Assembly: GCA_951406725.2 (NCBI GenBank)
Contig: OX597816.1
Coordinates: 99,448,001-99,512,000 of the forward strand
Source: Octopus vulgaris
Lineage: Eukaryota
DNA length: 64,000 nt
Direction of reading: 5' to 3'
The notes beneath the pieces are model-generated. The model ran no database searches, was not told the DNA's origin, and saw only the letters and a list, made by a program, of their open reading frames with translations. Made by a program: the position numbers and the translations under genes. Positions within the stretch are counted from its first letter, which is position 1, and every line of letters begins with the position of its first letter. Below, one piece after another: positions 54,800 through 64,000 of this stretch.

Positions 54800-56765
54800 A
54801 CATCATCATCAACATCATCATCTTTTAATGTCCATTGTCCATGCTGGCATGAGTTGGGTGGTTTGACTAGGGCTGACAAGCTGGAAGGCTACATCAGACT
54901 CAAGTCTGATTTGGCATCGTTTCTACAGCTGGATACCCTTCCTAATGCCAACCACTCTGAGAGTGTAATGAGTGCTTTGACATGCCACCAGCACGGGTAC
55001 CATTTGTGTGACACTGGTATCTATCACCGCTGTGGTTTTGCTCGACTTGATGGGTCTTTTTCTCAAGCACAACATAATGACACAGGTCTCGGTCATTGCC
55101 TCTGTGAGGCGCAACACTCGAAAGGAGCTCATCTCTATGAGGCTCAACACTTGAAAGGAACTTGCCTCCATAAGGCCTAATGCTCAAAAGGAACTCACTT
55201 CCACAAGGCCCAGACCTCGAAAGGAACTCAGCCACTTTACCTCCATGAGGCTTAATGCTCAAAAGGGGTCCTTTTTGCACCACTGGCATGGGTGCTAGTT
55301 ACATGTCACTAGCATCAGTCACAACTATGATTTCACTTGGCTTGATGGGTCTTCTCAAGTACAGCATATCCCCAAAGGTCATGGTCACTAGTGATTGCCT
55401 CTATGAGGCTCAAAGTTCAGAGATCATGCTTCACCACCTTGTCCCAAATCTTCCTGGGTCTACCTCTACCACAGGTTCCCTCCACAGTTAGAGATCGGTA
55501 CTTCTTTACACAGCTGTCCTTGTCCATACACATCACATGACCATACCAGTGCAATCATCTCCCTTGCACACCACATCTGATACCTCTTATGCCTAATTTT
55601 TCTCTCAATATGCTTACACTCTGTTGAACACGCACACTGATATTGCACATCCAGCAAAGCATATTGGCTTGATTTATTTCAAACCTAGGCATGTCCTTGG
55701 CTGTCACAGCCTATGTTTTACTGCTATGTAGCATAGCTGTTTGCACATAGGCATCATACAATCTGCCTTTCATTCTGAGAGATAGGCCTTTTGTTGTCAG
55801 CAGAAGTAGGAGCTCTCTGAACTTTGCCTAGCCTAATCTTATTCTCTCAGCTACACTCTGCTACTAACTTGGTCACCTAGATAAAGAAGCTTTCTACTAC
55901 TTCTAGCTTGCCCTCCTGACAGTTGATGGAGTCTATTTTCTGCATATTTTCAGCGTTTATTGTACCTGTGCATCTTCCACATACAAAAGCTATTTTCCCT
56001 GTTAGCTTTCCTCTAATATTGCTGCACCTTTTATATGTCCAAAGTTTACACCAGGTGCATCTTATGGAGTTTCTACCTACACCTTTTCTACAGATCGAGC
56101 AGAGCCATCTACCTGAAGGGATTTGTGATTTGTCTGCCTTCCTACTTACTGAGACTTTGTTTTTTGCTAGGTTAGCTCTAAGGCCCTTCAATTCTAGACC
56201 TTGCTTCCATACCTAGAATTTCTTCTCTAGTTCAGCTATAAGAGCAAGGTCATGAGCATAGAGGAGCTCCCAGGAGCATCCTGTCTTAAATTCCCCTGTT
56301 TTAAATTCCTGGAGGACTATGATGAACAAGAAGGTTCTGGGGACCAACCCTTGGTGAACCCCTAATTGTACCCTGAATTCTTCACTGTACTCATTGCCAA
56401 CCCGCACCTTACTGGCAGCATGCCTCTACAATACTTGTACAGCTCACACCAACCACTCATCTATCTCTAGTTTCCACATTGATCACCAGATTAAAGGATC
56501 AGGGGACCCTGTCAAAAGCTTTCTCCCAGTCAACAGAAGCCAAGTACAAAGGTTTATCTTTGGCTAAGTAGTTCTCCTGCAGCTGCCTTACCTGAAATAT
56601 AGCATCAGTAGTGCTTCTACCTGGCACAAAACCGAACTGCATCTCACCTAGGTTAACTCTCTCCCTAATTAGTTAAGCTATAACTCTCTGTAACTTTTAT
56701 CACCTGATCCAACAATTTGATATCTCTGTAATTAAAGCTAAGGCATCAGCTTTACCTTTGACGTT
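54800..56765 (-). mobile_element. 5'-truncated RTE-clade LINE with a PHD-like finger inside the RT region; 3' UTR with ~31-bp tandem repeats
   Basis: QFGFVPGRSTTDAIF, GVHQG..FLFIIVL, ELLYAHDLALIAE, KGLRANLAK; five diverged units of CCTC..TGAGGC..AA..CTCGAAAGGAACT at ~55097-55266; (ATG)n tail. Confidence 0.85.
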
Positions 56766-56829
56766 CCAGTGTCTTCTGTCATTGTGTGGGCAGAAGCATT
56801 ATTTCCTGCTCAAAGAATTTCCTGTCTTT

Positions 56830-57902
56830 ACTAATAATAGACTCTTCCAGGTGAATTTTTACTTAATTTTCAGAGTTGAAAGACTGTCCATCCAATGAAT
56901 TTTGAAGAGATTAAAACATGTAAAAATCTGAAGGCACAAGTTCAGCTAAATATGGAGGATGTAGAAAATCTTTCCAGTCAAGCCCCAGTAATTTCTGCCA
57001 TGACTACAAAGAAGTGTACAGTCTGGCATTATTGTGATTAAAGACAATGGCCTAATGATGAGCATGTGTTGGATGCCTCTGGTTGATCACTGCATTTAAT
57101 TTGTCTGAACTGTTGGCTCTGTCTGTGGGAAGAAGCTTGTAAAAGACAACACCCATCCAATCTCACTTAATTGAAAGTATAACCTTCTTCAGGTGAAGTC
57201 CTGTTTTGGAGGTTGTTTGTGGTGGTTTGTCTTATGTCCCCATGATTATTTGTGCTTCATATTGGTATAGGCGGTCCATTTTGCACCTCCTGTCACCAAT
57301 CTCTTCAAAAAAGGGATTGTTTTATTCCGATTTCTACAAAGAATTGCAGATGGAAATCCATTGAGGATGATTAGCTTTATTCAACTGATTTTGGGCCCAA
57401 ACATCAAGTGTACTGATGCTACCAAGTTGTTAAAAATTGTTTTCAACACTTGATTTGGATATTTGGGGAATATCTGTAATCATCTTGGTCATATAACAGG
57501 GGTTGGTTTCAATGAATTTTAGCTGGCCAGCCAGAGCAAGGTGCATCTTGAACCAAAAAAAACCCCAATCAAAATGTTGAAAACCACTTCTGGCATACAC
57601 ATTCCATAGCTGCATCCTATCTGTATAAAGTGCATATCTTCCTCCAGGTTCCTGCTGGTTTCTTGCCTTTTATTTAAGTAAAAAATCATGAAGTGTTGAT
57701 AAAGTTCATTTTGGTTCTCCATTTTCAACATGATCCAAAGTATACAAAGTACAACCTGTCTCATTGCAAGCTCATGCTGAACTATGTTGAAGTGTCAGTC
57801 AACAAGTGTGCCTACACAAAGCACAAATAGAAATTAGCTTCTTATTAGAGAGCTTGAAGTTTAATGCTGACAAAAACCAAATGACTTTATAGCCAACCCA
57901 TT
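56830..57902 (-). mobile_element. Decayed mariner-like element
   Basis: MENQNELYQHFMIFYL N-terminus, DAPCSGWP (EDAPRSGRP-like), TGGAKW remnant, and TIR-like TGGGTTGGCTATAAAGTCA at the right end. Confidence 0.6.
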
Positions 57903-58310
57903 TGGTATGGTGAAGTAGAGGATATAAATAAACGTGTGTATGTGTATCATTATCATCATCATTTAATGTTCAGTTTTCCATGCCCAGAAGAATTTGCTGA
58001 GGCAGATTTTCTGCTGACAGATTCCTTTCTTATTGCTAACCCTCACCTGTTTCCAAGTAAAGTGATATTTCCTCACAGACAGACTTGTTTTTTTATGGAA
58101 GACTGGAAATTGACAACCTCACTTGTATAGTATATTATCATATATTTAAAATATTTTTTTCCAGTTCTATGATTCAGATTCTTGTAGAAAGAAGCACATA
58201 TACAACAATTGAGCTATGCATTTTGAATCTTAAAGGAAGACTTCAAAATGCTTTACTTCCATATTTTATCAAGTTATCTGAAAGTTTAACTGGGGTTTCC
58301 CTCTCTCTCT

Positions 58311-58371
<61 letters not shown>

Positions 58372-59553
58372 TATCTATCTATGTATCAATCTATTATCTA
58401 TCTCCCTATCTCTCTCCTTCTCTCTCTCCCCCTCTCTCTTTCGCTCTCTCTCCTTCTCTCTCCATTTGGTGTTAATATCACTCTTTGTAATACCATCAGT
58501 ACTTATCTGATTATATATCTAAGTAACATTATTTACAACATCAATCATTTTACTATCTATATGGTGCTGTGGTAAGTTCCTGGAATCAAAAACTGACAAA
58601 TCTTATCAAACTTGTCACTTATTTCTTTATCTTTTTTTCCTTTGTTTTTCTTTTCATTTGCATGTTTGTTTGTAACTTTACATGGTTTTCTTCTCATAGT
58701 ACTCTGTATCAGTTTATTCTATTTTACTCATTTTCATCCCTAATCAATAGAAAAAAAAATGTCACCAAGACAATGAAGAAACTCTAGATGACAGAAAATG
58801 GAATCTAATCATTCTCCTGAATGAATCTGTTGTTTCACATTGAGAGAAATTTATAGTCAAAGTATCAGTGTCGCTTTTCACTTTGTATTAACTTCAATTC
58901 AAAGAAGAAATGTTTCTACTTTGTAACTTAAGAACCTCAAATATTATATACATTTATATTTCCGTTCTCCTTATTTCATTCTGATAGTTTACCAAATGAA
59001 AGAAAGTCTCCTCACTCTTAAGATTTCAGAAAAGAAATACTATAATAGGTGTGTTAGAAAAATTGCTAATAAAAGCATAAAAGAAAAGTAGAACAGCTGA
59101 AAATAAAAGAAAAAAGTTTTAAATAAAAATTATAGGAAAAAAACATGACAGTCTTTACTAATGGGGTTTTTAGAAAGGTTTCCCAAATAGGATTTTCTAA
59201 TTTAAAGAATGTTTGCATTATTCTAACTTACATAATTAGTTTTATTCTAATAAAATTATTCACTTATAAAACTTATACAGACATGTTATTTTCACAGACT
59301 TTTATATTAATCTTAGATTTACATCTAAATGTATCAATGAAATATTTTAGCTTACATACATATATATATGTGTGCATGTGCATGTGTGTGCATGTATGTA
59401 TATATGTGTGTGTGTATGTGTTGAATATAGATAGATAGGTGTAGTTATATCTGTAAGCACATCTTTCTTTGTCTTTATAGCCATCTTCCCTTCCATCTCT
59501 CACTCTCTCTCTTTCACTCTTTCTCTTCCATCTCTCTTTCTCTCTCTCTCTCA

Positions 59554-59587
<34 letters not shown>

Positions 59588-60002
59588 TTCTCTGTTATCT
59601 ATCTTTTCCTCTATCTAACCATCTACAATCTATTTATATCTATCTTTTGATGACGACGACGACGATGATGATGATATGTGGGTAGGATGGGTTGTATGCA
59701 TCTGTGTATGCACTTTCCCATTCTAACATTGCTGTCACTGTTGTTTTCTATCAATCTTACTCTCTAGCTCAATATCTATCTCTATATGTATAACTACATA
59801 CACACACCATTACACATACACATAATCACACACCATGCTAACTATCAGAGCAGTTGTCATATCATATTCCAGGTCCAGCCATTAAACTCTACTTGTACTG
59901 CCATCTCCAACAATGTTATACTGTCAATACTCAAAATTTCATTGATTTACTGCAAAGCCTGGTTCTTGGTGCTTTCCATATATACAGACATTTAAACAAA
60001 TA

Positions 60003-60049
<47 letters not shown>

Positions 60050-60144
60050 ATATATACATACTCACACACACACACATATATATATAGACATATATACATG
60101 TATATCTATCTATCTATATATATATCTATCTATCTATGTATCTA

Positions 60145-60177
<33 letters not shown>

Positions 60178-60940
60178 CTATCTATCTATATTTATATGTA
60201 TATATATATATATATATATATCTATATTTATATGTATACATATATATATATATATATATATATCTATATTTATATGTATACACATATATATATATATACA
60301 CATACATATATACATATACATATATGTATGTATATATATATAAGCATACGAATATGTATAGATACAACACACAGACACATATACACTCATGCATACATAC
60401 ATGCACACACAAGTATATATGCATGTGTATGTGTGCGTATGTTCACTCTGTTGATTGGTTGGAGAATAAACGGGAATGATGTTAGAGTCAGAAGGACCTT
60501 TTTGTCTTGTTAAGAACATGACAACCTCCTGAGTGCTAGTCATACAATAAAATGCACCTTGAATGCCCTGTGGAACAGCTGATGATAGAAAAAGCATCAG
60601 GACATAGAAATGAAGCCAAAAGTGGAAACATGCAAGAAAAATGCATCTATGAGGACAGTAACTGTGAATATGTACAGACTCAGGCTGTAGTGAACCATTC
60701 CATGCCAGCATAGAAAGCAGATATAAAATGAGCAGAAGGAGGACAAAGAGACTGATATCAACGGTGATAAGGATGATGACAATGCTGCAGATGCCACTAA
60801 TACCAACTTCATCACTGTCACTATTGAAGATGAGAAAGAACAATGTAGACTGGCACACAATAGATCTTCCAAGTCAGCAGAAAAAAAGCAAGACATGTTT
60901 CAGTATTATTAGATTAGACCTCTTCAGTTAAATTCAGTAG

Positions 60941-61102
60941 GCACAGGTGTGGCTGTGTGGTAAGACACTTGCTCCACAACCACATGGTTTTGTGTTCAAT
61001 TCCACTCTGTAGCGTCTTGGGAGAGTGTCTTCCACTGTAACCTTTGGCTGAGCAAAGCTTTGTGAGTGAATTTGGTAGATGGAAACTAAAGGATACCTGT
61101 CT

Positions 61103-61141
<39 letters not shown>

Positions 61142-61311
61142 GTGTGTGTCTTTGTATCTGTGTTTCTCCCTCACCATGACATGACAACAAATGAGACCAG
61201 TAGAATAAGGCTTAAAGAAAATACGTCTTGTAGTCGATTTGTTCGACAAAAAACCCTCCAAGTTGGTACCCCAGGATAGCCACAGTCAAATGACTGAAAC
61301 AAGTAAAAGAT
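60941..61311 (+). mobile_element. SINE family B copy
   Basis: Head CAGGTGTGGCTGTGTGGTAAG, internal (TA)n, tail CACAGTCAAATGACTGAAACAAGTAAAAG. Confidence 0.85.
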
Positions 61312-61329
61312 AATATATATATATGTATA

Positions 61330-61424
<95 letters not shown>

Positions 61425-61919
61425 ATGTAGTGAAACTGTTTATGGGTACCAACACTATTACTAAGGGAAATACCTCAGGGCAACATTCTCCATAAAAACT
61501 GCAAAATATCATAGGACTTCACATATATAAAACAGTGAATTGGAAAACTTTGGTCAGCTGAAAGTCCAAGCACTTAGCACTCAAAACCTTAGTGATCAAT
61601 ATCTATAGAAATAACGATACCCCCTATTTCCATTTGTATTGATTAGCTTTAAATCTGCCTGGACATTACTTGTTTTTCAAATCTTACAAATAGCTATTTA
61701 CTTGTTTCTCTCTCTAACTTATCTCATTCCATTTTCATTATTTTTTTGTTTCCTCTCTGCTTCTGTCCAACCATTCCCCATCCAAAAGAATTTTCAAAAA
61801 ACTTCCAACAGCTTATTTTTACAAATATTATTGGAAGTGGCTGAAATCTCTGTAAAATTTCTTTTATGTAATATGTCCGCATCTACACACATACACACAC
61901 ACACATTCATATGTATGTA

Positions 61920-61956
<37 letters not shown>

Positions 61957-62007
61957 TGAATGTGTATATTTCTATATATATTTATACATACATAAATATA
62001 TATATAT

Positions 62008-63407
62008 ACTGGGTACGATGCGTAAACTGTCGCCATTTTATATTTTTAATTTCCCACATGCGCATTACTTGTTTTTGATTTTGTCTACTACACAGTATAG
62101 TAGGGTCAGCTGGGCACCATCTGTGAGAAAAACAACACCATGATGCAATTCACTCTGCCAGAAATCTGGAAACAACACACTGTTCTGATTGGCATCTGCA
62201 CCAGAAGCTCCAATACAAACATTTCAGAGAGTTTGGGTGTCAATCTGAAGACATGTACCGAGAGTGATAAAAATCAAACATCCAGTCAACAACATGGTAT
62301 TTGGAGAGATCACTAGTGATGGTGACGTTATGCTCTATTCATCTTCCCACACAGCCTCAGACTCAACATGGAACTCTACATTAAGTGCCTGGAGGAGGTA
62401 GTGCTGCCCTGGGTCAAGAGGGTGGCTGCTGGAAGACCCTATATCTGGCTACAGGACTCAGCACTATGCCATACAAGCAGGAGAACCCAGACATGGCTGT
62501 CAGACAATTTCTGTGACCACATCACCCCTAACATCTGACCACCTAACTCATCACACTGCAATCCCCTTGATTATTATGTGTGGGATGCAGTTGAGTGAGA
62601 CCATCAAAACTCCTTTTAACACCAAAGATGAACTAAAGAGTAAATTTGTTCAATAAAATTGACATTGGCTTCAACCACAGCCTCCAGACGACTTCAGAAT
62701 CTCCAGCAACTATTCTGGACACTCTCCTTGTTTAAGTTGGTGAATGCTGCCATAATCCTTGCCTTCAGTTCATTTTTGGTGTTAAAAGGAGTTTTGTTGG
62801 TCTCTCACTTATCTGTGCCCCATGCATAATATTCAAGAGAGTTGCAGTGTTGCTGCATTAGATGGCCAGTTGTTAGGGGTGATGTGGTCGCAGAAATTGT
62901 CTGACAGCCATGACTGGGTTCTCCTGCTTGTGTGGCATGGTGCAGAGTCCTGTTGCCAGGCATAGGGTTTTCCAGCAGCCATCCTCTTGACCCAGGTCAG
63001 CATTACCTCATCCAGGCACTTGATGCAGGCTTTTATGTTAAGTCTGAGGCTGAGTGGGAAGATGAATAGAGGCATAAAGTTGCCATCACTAGTGATCATG
63101 CCAAACACCATGATGCTGACTGGATGTTTGATTTTTATCACTCTCAGTACATGTTTTGGGGACATGCAAGCCAATGGTAGTTCTGTGTGTTCACCATCTG
63201 TTCATATTGGAGCTACCGGCATGATTGCCAAGCAGTACAGCATATCATTTCCAAATTTCTGGCAGAGTGAATTGAATCATGATGTTGTTTTTCTCACAGA
63301 CAGTACTCAACTGACCCAACTATATTGTGTAGTCAATAAAATCAAAAACAATGCGCATGTGTGAAATAAAATTTATAAAATGGCGACAATTTATCCATCA
63401 GACCATG
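62008..63407. mobile_element. Fold-back element made of two inverted deletion derivatives of a maT (DD37D) Tc1/mariner transposon
   Basis: Arms ~62008-62636 (+) and ~62765-63407 (-); plus arm reads QD-37 residues-D (WLQDSALCHTSRRTQTWLSDNFCDHITPNI*PPNSSHCNPLDYYVW). Confidence 0.85.
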
Positions 63408-63409
63408 TG

Positions 63410-63411
63410 TG

Positions 63412-63459
<48 letters not shown>

Positions 63460-63513
63460 TGTATGTATATATATATATGTATGTATATATATATATGTAT
63501 GTATGTATGTATG

Positions 63514-63544
<31 letters not shown>

Positions 63545-63651
63545 GTATATATATGTATGTATGTATGTATGTATATATATGTATGTATGTATGTATGTAT
63601 ATATATATATGTATGTATGTATATATATATATATGTATGTATGTATGTATG

Positions 63652-63684
<33 letters not shown>

Positions 63685-64000
63685 GTAAATATATATGTAT
63701 ATATATATATGTATGTATGTATATATATGTAAGTATGTATATATATATATATGTATGTATGTTTGTATATATATGTATGTATGTATATATATGTACGTAT
63801 GTATATATATATATATGTATGTATGTTTGTATATATATGTATGTATGTATGTATGTATATATATGTATGTATGTATGTTTGTATATATATGTATGTATGT
63901 ATGTATGTTTGTATATATATGTATGTATGTATGTATGTTTGTATATATATGTATGTATGTATGTATGTTTGTATATATATGTATGTATGTATGTATGTTT
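63410..64000. repeat. (TA)n/(TATG)n compound microsatellite grading into a ~30-bp higher-order unit
   Basis: GTATATATATGTATGTATGTATGTATGTTT repeated at the window end. Confidence 0.9.

Noticed and set aside
55097-55266. CRISPR-like appearance of ~31-bp repeats
   Set aside because: Units are contiguous and diverged with no unique spacers or cas genes; they lie in an RTE 3' UTR in eukaryotic DNA.

Overview
Repeat-dominated, AT-rich animal genomic DNA with no recognisable host protein-coding exon. The (TA)n/(CA)n/(TACA)n density and the tRNA-derived SINE families suggest an octopus or other coleoid cephalopod (inference). Almost all ORFs in the supplied track are microsatellite or low-complexity artefacts. 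The central feature is an apparently intact, full-length ~4.77 kb two-ORF LINE (12308-17075, minus strand) set between two kilobase-long, nearly pure (TA)n tracts. Its ORF1 is unusual: Myb/SANT-like domain, polyQ, and two C-x8-C-x4-C-x3-H zinc fingers. ORF1 is linked to the APE-RT ORF2 by an in-frame U UUU UUA slippery site lying in a short window where the -1 frame is open, which suggests a frameshifted DNA-binding-EN-RT fusion that targets TA microsatellites. Older 3' ends of the same family also abut (TA)n. The window also contains a well-formed hammerhead ribozyme inside a nested perfect inverted repeat (Penelope-like), a same-orientation nest of R4/Dong-type RLE elements in (TAA)n, decayed Tx1/L1, RTE and mariner elements, a fold-back maT (DD37D) element, MITEs, many SINEs, and an apparent CpG-rich to CpG-depleted transition near 33.2 kb that may mark the edge of a methylated transcription unit.
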